DNA from: Mobula hypostoma
Lineage: Eukaryota
Direction: 5' to 3'
NCBI RefSeq assembly: GCF_963921235.1
Contig: NC_086097.1
Span: 202,804,001-202,864,000, forward strand
DNA: 60,000 nt
The position numbers were made by a program, and so were the translations under genes. Below the pieces are notes generated by a model. The model was not told the DNA's origin and ran no database searches. It was given only the letters and a program-made list of their open reading frames with translations. Below, piece after piece: positions 1 through 13,121 of the stretch. Every line of letters starts with the position of its first letter. Positions within the stretch are counted from its first letter, which is position 1.

Positions 1-115
1 TAAAAGGCTGGAGAGGAAGGAATCTGATAGAGTAGAGTGGACCATAGCAGAAAGGGAAAGGTGATAGGCAGATGAGAAGAGGTAGGAGGCATGAGTGAGG
101 AATAGAAGAAAAGGT
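1..115 (-). mobile_element. Penelope-like element 3' fragment (old)
   Basis: Reverse complement resembles the ctatcagattccttc..ctccagcctttt tract seen in the Penelope piece at 17740-17758/19720-19740. Confidence 0.5.
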
Positions 116-454
116 GCTGGTAAATACTGCTGTACTGCTGCCACAAAACCTGATAAACCTGATTCTGATTCTGAAGTATTTTCACAACGTTTAAATATCT
201 GGATGAATGGTTGAATTACAAAAACATAAAAACTGCAGACCAAGTGCTGGTAAATGGGAGAGGAAAGGTAAGTACTTGGTGATCAGCATGGACATAATGA
301 CTCAATGATTGTGCTGCATGACCCTAATACAGAAAAGTTACTGGATATGTTAAGAAATTAAGGGTCTGATGGGGATGGGAGCTGAAGGAATGGAGTATCA
401 GCCAGAAAAAATAAATGCAAGTGAGATGGTGAGCTCAAAAACTGATAAAACTGT

Positions 455-1008
455 GAGGTTTGGGCTGCGTGTTTAAGAAAGGATGTGCTGATATTGGAGA
501 GGGTCCAGAGAAGTTTTACAGGAATTATCCCTTGGGAATGAAAGGGTTAACATATGAGGAGTGTTTGATACCTCTGGGCCTGTACTCGCTGGAATTTAGA
601 AGGATAAAGGGCAATCTGATTGAATATTGTTGAATATATAATTCTCATTGAAATGTAATGACTATTGAAAGACCCATATATAGTTGGAAAGGATGTTTCC
701 ATTAATGGTAGAGTATATGACCTGGGGGCATGGACTCAGCATAGAAAGACATCCCTTAGAACATAGATGTGGAGGAGTTTCTATATCCAGAGGGTGGTGA
801 ATCTCTGGGTTTATTGCCGCAGACGGCTGTGGAGGTCAAGTCACTGGGTATACTTAAAGACAGTTTGATAGGTTTTTTATTCACAAGGGTGTCAAAGGTT
901 AAGAGTGGAGAATGAGGTTGAGAGGAAATATAAATCACCCATGATCGAATAGCAGAAGAGACTTGATAGGCTGAATGGCCTAATACTGCTTCTATGCCTT
1001 ATGGTCAC
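455..1008 (+). mobile_element. CR1 LINE 3' fragment, degraded
   Basis: gagagggtccagagaag, ctgtactcgctggaatttagaaggat, gtggtgaatctctgg and 3' end ggctgaatggcctaat; homologous to the intact CR1 ends at 4500-5755. Confidence 0.85.
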
Positions 1009-1389
1009 AAAATCCAAGTGTTTTTTTTAATGCTTAATAAAAACCTGTAACACATTTCATTGAACTCCAAAACCCAAACACAGAAGTGTGCTAAAAATCT
1101 TTTTTCAATATTTTTATTTTTTATTTATTACAAACAAAAAAATACAAAAAAATACAGCACATCCACAAAAACCACAACCATAACAAAATCTAATTAAATA
1201 TTGAGCAGCAAAAGGGAGAAAAATATAAAGGCTAAAGTAAACACATACAGCAGAGGTGCACTGCACCAAAAAAACCTCAGTCCTCACATAATCAGTGTTG
1301 TGATTTACATTTTTCAAGTTTTTGTAGGTTTGATTTCTTCCTGTGAATTAAAGAGTAACACATGTAACCCACTATTTTAAGAAAGGGGG

Positions 1390-1995
1390 AAAAAATGCCA
1401 GAAACAGCAGATGCTCGAATTAGAAGAACTCAGTGGGCATGCAGCATATGTGGAGGTAAAAGGTAGAAGTTGTCTTTGGATGGAGAGCATCATTTGAAAG
1501 AGTAAATCATAATGGTCATCTCTTAAGCATCTCGTAGTAGTCACTAATTCCCCTTCCCATTCCAGCACCAATTTGTCTTTCCTTTGCTTTCTCCATTGTT
1601 ACAGAGAGGCCAAATTGGAAGTACAACTTGTGTGTGCTGCTGGGGGAGTTCACAACCCGGTGCTGTGAATGCTGAATTTTCCAGTTTCGGGTAACCCATA
1701 GCTTGGTGCTGTCCTCCCACGTACACTCTGTGCACCTACTTTTCTTCCTTTGTTCACCCCTCCCATCTTTTTTCCCCACCCCCTCCATCTGATCTGGTTC
1801 CATCTATCCATCATTCCCTGTTCATCTGGCTCCACCTATCACCTACCAGTCCATATGCCACCACCCCCTCCCCAAATAGTGCTGTGTACTGGCCACCGTT
1901 CCTGTTCCTTGATTCAGGGCTGTTAACCCAAAGCTTCAGTTTATATCTTTTGCCTTCAGAGGTGCTGTTTAGCTTGCTGAATTCTACAAGAATTA
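1390..1995 (+). mobile_element. Penelope-like element remnant (inverted pLTR plus GIY-YIG C-terminal region)
   Basis: aaattggaagtacaactt...caacccggtgctgtgaatgctgaattttccagtttc resembles the 17550-17625 segment, followed by a pyrimidine-rich tract and a degenerate pLTR. Confidence 0.55.
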
Positions 1996-2379
1996 TGACC
2001 TTGAAAAGATTTACAGGACTGAACAGAATCAACGAAAGGTAAATCCTGGTTGACTAATTGATTAGAGATTTTTGGCAATATGACAAGTAGATAAAAGTTA
2101 TGAATTTGGGTTTCTGAAAGACAAAATCTGTACAGGAGGTTCATGAATAGATGGTGTATGGGAAATGGAGAGCCACATCTAATGTCATGAAAAGGAAGTT
2201 GCTGTGTCAAGGAAAGAGGAAGGTATCTTCGATTCAGCACTTCTGAGGAAAGAAATTTCTTTTTTCTTCAGCACTAAATACCTTATATCTTATTTTGAAA
2301 TTGTGACCTCGTATTTCTGCACTTATTATCCAAGGGGAAGTTCCTGCATCTATCCTACTCTGAGCCTTTTCAATGAGGT

Positions 2380-3330
2380 AATGTCTGAAAACATTAGCCC
2401 ACTCAATCTCTTCTCATATGACAGATCTGCTATCCCAAAACCAGCCTAGCAAATTTATATTTCAGCAAGTGTATCTTTTTTTAAGATTAGGAAGCCGAAG
2501 GTGTACATTGTACTCCGGATGTGGTTTTGGCAAGATGCTTTGTGATAATAAGATACCTTTGCTGTTGCACTCAAATTCTCTTGGAGTAAAGGTCAACACA
2601 TCAGTTTCCTTCCTACTTGCCTGTTACTCCCACATATTAACTGTCGGTGCTTGGTTTGCAAGGACATCCAATTCCCTGTGAACAACAACCTTTCCCTGAA
2701 TCTTACCATTATTTTCTCTCAAAATGGATAACCTCACATTTTTCCACTTTATACATTTCCACATTTTGTTACCTACTCACTCAGCTTGCCTCTATCCATT
2801 TTAAGCCTTCTTGCATTATCATCACTTCTCACAGTCTTTGGGAATTTTCTGTTGTGTGGTTGAAACGTGAAATAGTTCAGTCATGTTCATATTGAATGGT
2901 GGGACAGGCTTGAAGGGCTGAGGAGCCAATTCCTATGTTCTTAGGCAAAAACTAGAGATACTACATCTGACCCTCTCAGCCAAATTATTGATACAGACTT
3001 TTAATTGTAGGACCCAATCCCCATTCTTTCCATACTCCACTTGTCACTTGTTCCAATCTGAGAAGCACCCAATTATTTCTTCATTTTTCTCATCATTCAT
3101 CAATTCTCACTGCACGTTCGTCTATTACCCCATTTCCATGGACTAAAAATGTTCATCAGCCTCCTTTATGGCACCTTATCAACATCCTTTTGGAAATACA
3201 AATATATCACAATTGCTGTTTCCCATTATATACTTCACTGTATATATTCTGAACAGTAGGATAGTCAAACATGATTTCTGTTTCATAAATCCATGTTAAC
3301 TTTAGTCAACTGTATTGATATTTTCTAAAT
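2380..3330 (-). mobile_element. Old CR1 RT fragments
   Basis: caaaatggataacctcacattt, ggcaccttatcaacatccttttggaaatac (antisense of [14 protein letters not shown] motif). Confidence 0.6.
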
Positions 3331-4499
3331 AATATTTTTTATGTAGTTGAGTTACGTTTGCTACTCTTTAATCATAAGCAACCACTCCAGAGTCTATAAA
3401 ACTTTAGAAAATCAGCCAGGAAATAAGGTGAGGGGAAGTGTAATCAAAAAACTGGGTCTGTGGGCTTGTGATAGATACTATTCACTAATCTGATTTCTGA
3501 GATGCAGATAAAAAGACAATAAAAGGAACGAGAAAGGCAATTGACAGGCCAGTTGAAGGTTAGGTTAGGGTGGAAATTGGGTAGCAGAGGTAGTGAAACT
3601 TAAATATGGGTGCAGAAAGCTGCATCATTGTGGTTGTCAATGTACCAGATAAAGAAGTGAGGAAGGGAAACAAATCAGCACTTAAGCAAAGGCTGCTGTA
3701 TGTATTTCACAAAGAAACAAACTTAGCTTGGATTTATTTCAGTTCCACAGCTATATCTGATTTAGAGGAATCAAATAGAAATAAAGGGAAATATCAATAT
3801 GAGAACAAATTCAGCCTAGAAAAGAGAGGTGTTGGATGTGGCAGAAGATTGGTTGTACTCCTGTAAAGGAAAACTCAAAGGTCCCTCAAGGCTATCCTTG
3901 TTGGGATGAAGGTGCAGAGATTGGGTGTGCGTTTTGAAAATGCGCTAGGTAAGAATAGGAAACTGAAAACTGCCACGGTGGCAAGGGACATTTGAGGTAT
4001 CATAGGTACCTCAGAAAAAAAACAGGCCAACTGGAGACATAATAGAGTCATAGTACGAAGTTCCATGGAGTAGGCTGTGCTTAAATAATATTTTCCAAAG
4101 ATGTCCCTGTTATGGGGAGGAGGTGGATACTATGGGGAACTTTGAGTCCTGCCACCTTTCAAACTTTCACCACCCTCTCTCAGTCAGCATTACCACCACT
4201 TGCACCATTTGGTTTCTCATGAGGTTCACTTTTTCACAGACATTTTCTTTTTTTCTCTCCATTCCTCTCTTCAATTATGCAATTTAGAACAGGGTGCTTT
4301 CTAAATTGAAACATTCTACAGCTTGAAACTTTCACTGTTTTTTGACTGCATGCTTCGCAACATATTTATGTCCTTATCTGATTATGCAGGAATATAGAAA
4401 ACATTTGTATCAGTGCCATTGAGTCAAATTTGTATTGATGTTAATGAGATAAGCATACCCTAAGTATTGAACTTGGGTCTTTATAGAAGATTCTCATAG

Positions 4500-5755
4500 A
4501 ATTTTTTGAGGATGTAACTAGTAGAGTGGATAGGGGAGAACCAGTGGATGTGGTATATTTGGATTTTCAAAAGGCTTTTGACAAGGTCCCACACAGGAAA
4601 TTAGTGTGCAAACTTAAAGCACACAGTACTGGGGGTAAGGTATTGATGTGGGTAGAGAATTGGTTGGCAGACAGGAAGCAAAAAGTGGGAATAAACGGGA
4701 CTTTTTCAGAATGGCAGACAGTGATTAGTGGGGTACTGCAAGGCTCAGTGCTGGGACCCCAGCTGTTTACAATATATATTAATGACTTAGGTGAAGGAAT
4801 TAAGTGCAGCATCTCCAAGTTTGCAGATGATACGAAGCTGGGCAGCAGTGTTTGCTGTGAGGAGGATGCTAAGAGGATGCAGGGTGACTTGGATAGGTTA
4901 GGTGAGTGGGCAAATTCATGGCAGATGCAACTTAATGTGGATAAATGTGAGGTTATCCACTTTGGTGGCAAAAACAGGAAAACAGATTATTATCTAAATG
5001 GTGGCCAATTAGGAAAAGGGGAGGTGCAACGAGACCTGGGTGTCATTATACACCAGTCATTGAAAGTGGGCATGCAGGTACAGCAGGCGGTGAAAAAGGC
5101 CAATGGTATGCTGGCATTCATAGCAAGAGGATTTGAGTACAGGAGCAGGGAGGTACTACTGCAGTTGTATAAGGCCTTGGTGAGACCACACCTGGAGTAT
5201 TGTGTGCAGTTTTGGTCCCCTAATCTGAGGGAAGACATCCTTGCCATAGAGGGAGTACAAAGAAGGTTCACCAGATTGCTTCCTGGGATGGCAGGACTTT
5301 CATATGATGAAAGACTGGTTGAACTAGGCTTATACTCGTTGGAATTTAGAAGATTGAGGGGGGATCTTATTAAAACGTATAAAATCCTAAAGGGATTGGA
5401 CAGGCTAGATGCAGGAAGATTGTTCCCAATGTTGGGGAAGTCCAGAACGAGGGGTCCCAGTTTAAGGATAAAGGGGAAGCCTTTTAGGACCGGGATGAGT
5501 GAAAAACTTTTTCACACAGAGAGTGGTGAATCTGTGGAATTCTCTGCCACAGGAAACAGTTGAGGCCAGTTCATTGGCTATATTTAAGAGGGAGTTAGAT
5601 ATGGCCCTTGTGGCTAAAGGGATCAGGGGGTATGGAGGGAAGGCTGGTACAGGGTTCTGAGTTGGATGATCAGCCATGATCGTACTGAATGGCGGTGCAG
5701 GCTCGAAGGGCCGAATGGCCTACTCCTGCACCTATTTTCTATGTTTCTATGTTTA
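4500..5755 (+). mobile_element. CR1 LINE, 5'-truncated young copy
   Basis: RT ORF, CR1 3'UTR gggccgaatggcctactcctgcacct and tail (tttctatg)x2. Confidence 0.95.
4526..5563 (+). CDS. CR1 ORF2 reverse transcriptase C-terminal part (TE-derived, frameshifted near the end)
   Basis: [47 protein letters not shown] motifs. Confidence 0.9.
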   Translation: MDRGEPVDVVYLDFQKAFDKVPHRKLVCKLKAHSTGGKVLMWVENWLADRKQKVGINGTFSEWQTVISGVLQGSVLGPQLFTIYINDLGEGIKCSISKFADDTKLGSSVCCEEDAKRMQGDLDRLGEWANSWQMQLNVDKCEVIHFGGKNRKTDYYLNGGQLGKGEVQRDLGVIIHQSLKVGMQVQQAVKKANGMLAFIARGFEYRSREVLLQLYKALVRPHLEYCVQFWSPNLREDILAIEGVQRRFTRLLPGMAGLSYDERLVELGLYSLEFRRLRGDLIKTYKILKGLDRLDAGRLFPMLGKSRTRGPSLRIKGKPFRTGMSEKLFHTESGESVEFSATGNS

Positions 5756-6149
5756 TGCTCTGGTCTAAATAAGGAAGGGTACTTGCTATCTCAGTCTGTT
5801 CCAGGTTTTTAAAGATGTTATTAAAAGAATGTTATATGATTTTCGCAATGTATAGAGAACTCATGTCTGGAGTAGCATAGACCAAAATTAGGTATAAAGT
5901 TATGATTCCTTGAAAAATATGACCTCATAGAGTTACAGTTGTATCTGCTGACTACCAAGATTGAATTGTAATTTCCGCACAAACCATCTTTTGTCCTTTT
6001 CTCTTTGGTGATATTGTCCACCAGTGCAAAAAATATCAAGATTATTTTTGTTGTGATGTAACCTTTGAAAATTAATACCTTTCACATAGGTACCTTGCTT
6101 CAAATGCAGTGGAGAGACAATTCTTCAATACCATCATATTAAAAGAAAG

Positions 6150-7235
6150 ATTCTGGCATGGATAAAGCCGTGGCTGATTGGCAGGAGGGAAAGTGCGAAT
6201 AAAGAAAGCCTTTTCTGAGTGGCTGCCGGTGACTAGTGGTGTTCCACAGGGGTCTGTGTTGGGACCAGTTCTTTGTATGTTATATGTCAATGATTTGGAT
6301 GATGGAAGTAGTGGCTTTGTTGCAAAGTTTGTAGATGATATGAAGATAGGTGGAGGGGCAGGTAGTTTTGAGGAATTAAGAGAAGCTACAGAAGGACTTA
6401 CAGATGAGAAGAATGGGCAAAGAAATGGCAGATGCAATACAGTGTCCGGAAGTATATGGTCATGCAGTTTGGTAGAAAAAATGAAAGGGTTGACTATTTT
6501 TAAATGGAGAGAAAATACAAAAAAACTGAGCTGCAAAGGGACTTGGGAGCCCTTGTGCAGGATACCCTAAAGGTTAATTTGCAGGTTGAGTCCGTGATGA
6601 GGAAGAAAAATGCAATGTTAGCATTCATTTCAAGAGAACTAGAATATAAAAGCAAGGCTGTAATGTTGAAACACTTGCGAGACCTCACTTGGAGTATCGT
6701 GAGCAGGTTTAGGCCCCTTAACTTAGAAAGGATGTGCTGAAACTGGAGAGGGTTCAAAGGAGGTTCACGAAAATGATTTCAGGATTAATTTACTTGTCAT
6801 ATGAAGAGCGTCTAATGAATCTGGGTCTGTATTTGCTGGAAATCAGAAGAATTGAGGGGTGACCTCATTGAAATCTATCGAATAGTGAAGGGCCTTGATA
6901 GAGTGAATGTGGAGAGAGTGTTTCCTATGCTGGGAGAGTCTAAGACTGGAGGATACAGCCTCAGAATAGAAGGGTGTCCTTTTAGAATGGAGTTTCTTTG
7001 GTCAGAGAGTGGTGAATCTGTGGAATTCTTTGCCATGGGTGGCTGTGGAAGCCAAGTGTTTATGCATATTTAATGCAGAGGTTGATAGATTCTTGATTTA
7101 AGGGCATGAAGGAATACAGGGAGAAGGCAAGAGATTGGGGGTGAGAGGAAAATGGGATCAGCCATGATGAAATAGTGGAGCAGACTCAATGGGCCAAATG
7201 GCCTAATTGTGCTCCTATATCTTAGGGTCTTATGA
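6150..7235 (+). mobile_element. CR1 LINE 3' part, frameshifted
   Basis: [28 protein letters not shown] across several ORFs; CR1 3' end gggccaaatggcctaatt. Confidence 0.9.
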
Positions 7236-7639
7236 ATTTAAATTTGAATACTGGATGGTGAAAGAGCAGTGTCCATCGGCCATTCCTCAGTATACTAAGT
7301 CATTATGGCAGTTTTGAGATGAACAGAGATCATCAGTGCAGCAGGGACCTGGAAGGCAGTACTGCTCAGCTTTATATTCTGGGTCAATACTTTCAAATCC
7401 ACTTTGTACAAATTTGTTTTTGTACATTAAAGTATTGCTTGTTCTCATACATGACATTGAAGAATGAGGTTTCTTATGCAGTTTCTTTCTTTAAGAGAAA
7501 AACATTCAGAACATTTGCTAGATTCCTTTGGTGACTTCATGTCTTCTCACTTGAAAAGTCCAGACAAGGCTTAAGACTTATAAAATAAGGTAGGTTTTCA
7601 TGTTATGGTACATAAGAAAATTTATTCATGTTAATAAAC

Positions 7640-8450
7640 TCAAGAACACAAGATAGGAGCAAGACTGCTTATGCCTGCTCCATTGTTAAGTATAATTATG
7701 ATAGATCTGCACTGTGGATCATCTTCACTTCTCTGCCCCATTATCCATGAGTTCCTTAGCTTCCAAATATATCTCTACTTCCTCTTCAAATATTCTCAAT
7801 TATCTAGCTTGCTAAACCTTCTGAAGTAGAGAATCCCAGAGACTTGCCACCCTTTGTATAAGGAAAGTTCAATCCACCTCAGTTTAAAATGACCACCTTT
7901 ATCTTGTACATTTAACCCAGTGTTGAAGTCACTCCCACTGGTGGAAACATCAAAATATCTGCCTGGTTGTGTCCCTTAAGGATTCAATATGTTTCAAAAG
8001 ATCATTCCTCATTCCAAACTCCAAAGAATAAAGATCAACCTTTAGCTTCTCATGATAGGATAGGATAATCCTTCCATCCCAGCAATTCGCAATTGACCTA
8101 GACACAAATGATTCTGCAAATGCTTGAAATCTTGAGCAGCACCCACAAAATTCTGGAGAAACTTATCAAGTCAGGCAGCGTCTATCGAGGGGAATATTCA
8201 GTTAACGTTTCGGGCTGTGACCCTTTAGTCTTAGCCCAAAAATTTGTTTATTCCCCTCTATAGATGCAGTCTGGCTTGCTGAATTCCTCCAGCATTTTGT
8301 GTATGCAGCTGAATGAACCTCTTTAGTTCTGCCTTCTGTACTAGTATATCCTTTCTTAAGTAAGGAAATCAAAACTGTGGCCTAAGCAACATCCGATACA
8401 ACTGTAGCAACACTTCCTTATTACTAAGTGTCAACCATCTTACAATACAT
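7640..8450 (-). mobile_element. Old CR1 3' fragment interrupted by a Penelope-derived inverted repeat (~8100-8310)
   Basis: Antisense CR1 tail; inner cacaaaattctggagaaact...gaattcctccagcattttgtgt inverted pair. Confidence 0.6.
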
Positions 8451-8812
8451 CTATGATGCTCCTTTCCAACTCATTAGGGCTCTAGTTTTCTTGTTGTCTT
8501 CTACTTCCAATGTCCCAGGATTTCCATGTTCTATTTTCTCTTCTAACCACTAAGCTGCTGTTCCCATCTCCCTCCAACTTATTTGGGCTCTAGTTCATGT
8601 TCTTCTCTGACTTGTCAGGACCCAGGTTTGTATCACTTTAAGCTAACCAGAGACCGATTCAAGCACTGCCTTTAAGCAGAGCAAGTTCAATTGAAAAAAA
8701 TTATTATATTGTTGTAAATAACAGGAATTCTGCAGATGCTGGAAATTCAAGCAACATACATCAAAGTTGCTGGTGAACGCAGCAGGCCAAGCAGCATCTA
8801 TAGGAAGAGGCG

Positions 8813-8850
8813 CAGTCAACGTTTCAGGCCGAGACCCTTCGTCAGGACTA
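8813..8850 (-). ncRNA. Minimal type I hammerhead ribozyme motif (GUU cleavage triplet)
   Basis: Minus strand UAGUC-CUGACGA-AGGGUCUCGGCCU-GAAA-CGUU-GACUG. Confidence 0.7.
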
Positions 8851-8863
8851 ACTGAAGGAAGGT

Positions 8864-8901
8864 TAGTCCTGACGAAGGGTCTCGGCCTGAAACGTCGACT
8901 G
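8864..8901 (+). ncRNA. Minimal type I hammerhead ribozyme motif (GUC triplet, predicted cut after 8896)
   Basis: UAGUC-CUGACGA-stem II (AGG/CCU)-GAAA-CGUC-GACUG; stem I UAGUC/GACUG; loopless palindromic ACGU stem III typical of Penelope hammerheads. Confidence 0.8.
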
Positions 8902-9179
8902 CGCCTCTTCCTATAGATGCTGCTTGGCCTGCTGCGTTCACCAGCAACTTTGATGTATGTTGATTATATTGTTGTTATGTTTATATCCAATAATCCAGAA
9001 AATCTGCTCTTCTAGCATTACCAAAGTACCAAGTGGATTATCAGAGCTTTGTTTTATTTGCTGTCACTCAACTCCTCTATATCATGCTGAGGAGTCTGAA
9101 AATCTTCATTGCAATATGCGTTCTTCTACCTCCATCTCGCCTGTCAAAAGGCCATTTATTCTGATTCCCTTTTTTTAAT

Positions 9180-10360
9180 GTAATAACTGGTCTTCAGTCT
9201 TTCTGGGCTCTCATGAGCCAGCTGTTTATGCAGCACTTTTTCCAAACACAGTATATCTACAGGTTCATCCCTATTAACTCTGCTTCTTACATCCTCAAAG
9301 ATCTTAACCAAATTTGTCAGACACAGCTTTCTTCTCACGAAACCATGCTGAGTTGGTTTGAAAAGCTTTACTCATGGCTTTCTCTTTGTTTATAGACTTA
9401 ACAGCAACAGGCATTTGGTTTCCTGCTTCTTCTGTTCCCTTTTAGAACAAAACAATTCTATTTGCATTTTTCCAATAAGTAGGTACTCACCCAGAGTTTT
9501 GAAAAATGCAGTCTGGCAAAAGAAAACTTCAAATGAGAGCTCTACTGTCTGTAGCTGCTTCCTTCAAAATCCTTGGTTGTAGGCCGTGGTTCCTGGTGAC
9601 ATGTTGGCTTTCTGTCCCATTAGTTTTTCCATATCTTGTCCCTTATAATTAAAATAGTTACAACTTCTGTGCTATATCTAGCCCATTTGTTAACTCTGAG
9701 AGTTCAAAATACATTCAAAGTCTTCAGGCTCCGGAGCTTGAAGACTCGTACGGCCAGATTTGAGAACAGCTTCTTTCCAACTGTGATAAGACTGCTGAAT
9801 GGATCCTGACCCGGCTCTGGACTGATCCCTCCAAATATCCGGACCTGCCTCTGGGTTTTTTTGCACTACCTTACCTTCCATTTTTCTATTTTCTATTTAT
9901 GATTTATAATTTAAATTTTTAATATTTACTAATTTTTACTATTTTTAATTTTTTTAATATTTAATATTTGTAATGCAGGGAGTGGGAAGCACAGAATCAA
10001 ATATCACTGTGATGATTGTACGTTCTAGTATCAATTGTTTGGCGACAATAAAGTATAAAGTATTTATTATCTGCCATATTTTTGTTTTTCCTGTTAATAG
10101 TTCCCCAGCCTTGTCCCAGGACTCCCACATTTAGTTGCCCACTTTGTATATCCATAGAACTCTTGCTGTTTGCTTTGATATTACTTGCTCTCAGAATCAC
10201 GTGTACTACCTCATTAATTTTTCTCGTCTCCTCCGATTGTACCTGAAAAATATCTCACGCTATAGTCTACCAGCCATGCTTGTCAGTTTGTGTGCTGTAT
10301 TTTTCAACATTTTTTACCTGAATCTTCTTTGTTAGCCATGAGGGAGTAGGCAGTTTATTT
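9180..10360 (-). mobile_element. Old CR1 ORF2 fragments, split by a younger insertion
   Basis: ORF 9156-9338 CLTNLVKIFEDV..DEPVDILCL is RT-like. Confidence 0.6.
9715..10062 (+). mobile_element. Rex1/Babar-like LINE 3' end
   Basis: gaacagcttctttccaactgtgataagactgctgaa (NSFFPTVIRLLN), AT-rich UTR, tail aataaagtataaagta. Confidence 0.7.
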
Positions 10361-10454
10361 ATGCATGATGCAATGTCTGATACGTGTGTTACAGAAGGAT
10401 CCTGTTGATTATGTCAAAATCACAAGTGGTGCACCACAGTTAATTGTCACTGGA

Positions 10455-10600
10455 GACTTTAGATGCAGTGCTCTGGAACAAAAAAATACTGCTGGTGGAT
10501 CTCAGGCAGTGTCCAGAGGGATTACCAATGTTTCAGGTCGAGACCCTGCACCAGACCTGATGCAGGGTCTTGAACCAAAATGTCGAAAGCATTCAGTGAT
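10455..10600. repeat. Degenerate Penelope-derived inverted repeat
   Basis: tttcaggtcgagaccctgcaccag / ctgatgcagggtcttgaaccaaaatgtcga. Confidence 0.55.
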
Positions 10601-10959
10601 GTTCCTAAAAGGAGTTATGTAATTAAGATCCAGTATCAGAGTTGAATGATGAGGATAGAAGGGTTGAGTGCAGAGATGAAAATTAATCAGTGTACGTCAG
10701 TGCAAATACTGTCAGAAAGTAGCCAACACAGTCAGTATAAATGAGTTAAATAGGTATTGTTACCAGTATAATTGTACCAATAAGAAATTTTAATTAATTC
10801 AGTCCTGGTCAAGTGGATGGCCCACTGTGGCTTCCTCTTGAAATCGCATTGCCAATTTGCTGCACTTGACATCAAATGAGGAGAACACTAAGAGCCCTTG
10901 TTATGGCTGAGGCTGTCCGTGGGACCAAACAGCATGCATTCTGCAGTACCGAAGGCTTA

Positions 10960-12500
10960 AAATCCAGAGTTAGCTACGCCTGTAACCAAGCTGGGAAAAT
11001 AAAAAAAATAAACTAAAGAGGCTATGAGAGAACATATAAAGACTGACAGCAAATGTAGAAGAGAGTGAATATGAAAAGGATTGTAAGAGAAGTGAGGCCA
11101 ATGAGAGACGAATCTGTGCATGGAAGCAAAAAACATGGCTGAATGACTGTGCACTCATCTTCAATGAGTCTCGGCAAAGGAAAATGTAATTGAAATTCTG
11201 AATGAGCTAGATAGTGAAAGGGAGGTACTAGAAAGGCTTGCTGCATCTAAATTGCCTAGTCCAGAGAAGATTATATCCCAAGTTGCTGAAATCTGAGTGG
11301 TGCCTGAGAGCTGGAAAATTGCAAATGCTGCATACTTGTTCAAAGAAAGGTTTCAGGATAAATTCAGTATCTGCACTACTTAGTTTAACCTTGCTGGTTG
11401 GGAAGGTACCAGAAACGATAACCAGGACCAGGTTGACTGGTCAATTGTATGAAGTATAGATTTACTGAAGAAAGCAAGCATGGATTTGCTGAGAGTTTGT
11501 TTTGTCTCGAGGGATTTCATAGTACTTTGATGAAGAATTAAAGAGGGTGACAAAGGAAGTGCAGTTAATATGGGGCATGTGGATTTCCAAAAGGCATTTG
11601 ATAAGGTGGCATACTGGCTTATTTTCAAGACTGAAATCGGTAGAATAACAGGATTTAGAGGAGGATGGATTAAAACGTCACTGAGGTGGATCAATGGTGC
11701 TGCAAGTAGTGCAACTTTCTTTCAGCTTCAGTGACCTTTATTGACTTCCAGCCTCTAGTCATGTCTATGTGCAGCTGGCACAGTCTCCCTGTGACTATCG
11801 TTTTATTTTCTAGGTGCTGTGGTTTCCTCCTACATCCCAAAGATATGCTGGTTGTTTGGTAAATTGGCTCCTGCAAATTGGCCTTATGTAGTTGTGTGAC
11901 CACTGAATTGGAGATCTGTTAATAACCATGTGTAAGAAAATAAGTTACAGGGGATATGTGGAGGAGAGATCTGGGGATATACATAAATAGATGTTTGAGC
12001 AAAGTTAAGAAAATGAATTTTTTTTAAAAATCTGTAATCCTGGATTTTATGTACAGAGAGACAGAGTTAGTGCTCAATAGATTTACCAAACTGATTCTAG
12101 GAGAGAGGATCTTTAATTTTGTGAATTGACTGGAGATTATTTGCCTGTAATAGATGAAATTGTGAGGAATTCTGATGGAGGTTTCTAAAATCATGAAGAA
12201 TATTAACGGAGCAAACGGAGGAAAATCTGTTTCAATTAAGTGTCCTGAATCAAGTATCAAAAGAGTATGACATTTAAAAAAATATTTTTACCAAGAAAGT
12301 AGTTGGGATCTGAAATACACTGGCTGGTGATGTGGTGGAGGCAGAGTCAATTGTGTTTGTAAGGGAGCTGGATAAGTACCATAAAAATAATTTGTGGAGC
12401 TCTATGGATAGGATATGGGAGTAGAGTAGTTGCACTGTTCTTACAAAGAGCTGGTACTGTATAGGCTCCTTCTATGCTTTAACCATTCTGTGATTGCCCT
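10960..12500 (+). mobile_element. Old CR1 ORF2 fragments with an internal SINE
   Basis: ggatttccaaaaggcatttgataaggtg (DFQKAFDKV) at 11581; degraded 3' end at 12040-12500. Confidence 0.65.
11692..11990 (+). mobile_element. V-SINE-like element
   Basis: ggtttcctcctacatcccaaagatatgctggtt..taaattgg core. Confidence 0.6.
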
Positions 12501-13121
12501 TTTAAATCTAAATATGACATCTTTTGTATGTGACTTCTGCTATGTCCACTCGTACAGCTGGTTGTAAGCCAAATATAAAACTGTTGGCGATGAGTGTAGA
12601 CTGCTGGAGGCTGATTTTAGTGGGTTTTTTTGACACTGGTGTTGCTTAATGCCTCCACTCTTGTATTTTGCTTGCAATCTTGACATGAGGTTTGTGCTGG
12701 TGCAACTAGTGAAACTGTCACAGGGTTATTTTTTTTCACTTGCATTGTTTCTAACACCTATTGTATTCTTATGAGTGAATGAAAAACAGATGAAGTTTCT
12801 GATTCCTGTGGTATGCAGTACTATGATTCTGTTAAAAATGGATAGGGTCCACAGGACTTTCCTGTGATGAGATTTTCCATGTAGGTGACCTCATGTTGCA
12901 GCTGTTTGGATTACCAAAAGTTGCTCTTCCAGAATTCGCAAATCACTATCCAAAACAATGAGATACAGGATAAAAATAGCTTTCATGAAATTTGTTTGAA
13001 AAAAGTAAATAAATCAACACATTTTTTTCAACTCTTGTTTCTTGACACATGCAGATGACACAGCTTCGTGTTACAGAAATTTGTGATACAAACCTATCTT
13101 CTAATGATCACAACCCACCTA

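Larger units (their letters stand above)
8716..8962. mobile_element. Penelope-derived non-autonomous insertion: 101-bp inverted arms with 13-bp TSD
   Basis: TSD attatattgttgt at 8703-8715 and 8963-8975; arms 8752-8852 and 8862-8962 with a single mismatch. Confidence 0.85.

Noticed and set aside
3606..3954. 86-aa ORF and a nearby ag|gtaaga donor
   Set aside because: No matching acceptor or phase, and no recognisable homology.
4567..5271. Minus-strand ORFs of 134 and 93 aa, with similar ones at 38839 and 39322
   Set aside because: Antisense shadows of CR1 RT; they recur only because the repeats are homologous.
8752..8962. Hairpin as a pre-miRNA or DNA-transposon MITE
   Set aside because: Asymmetric ends, a 13-bp TSD and hammerhead motifs fit Penelope pLTRs better.
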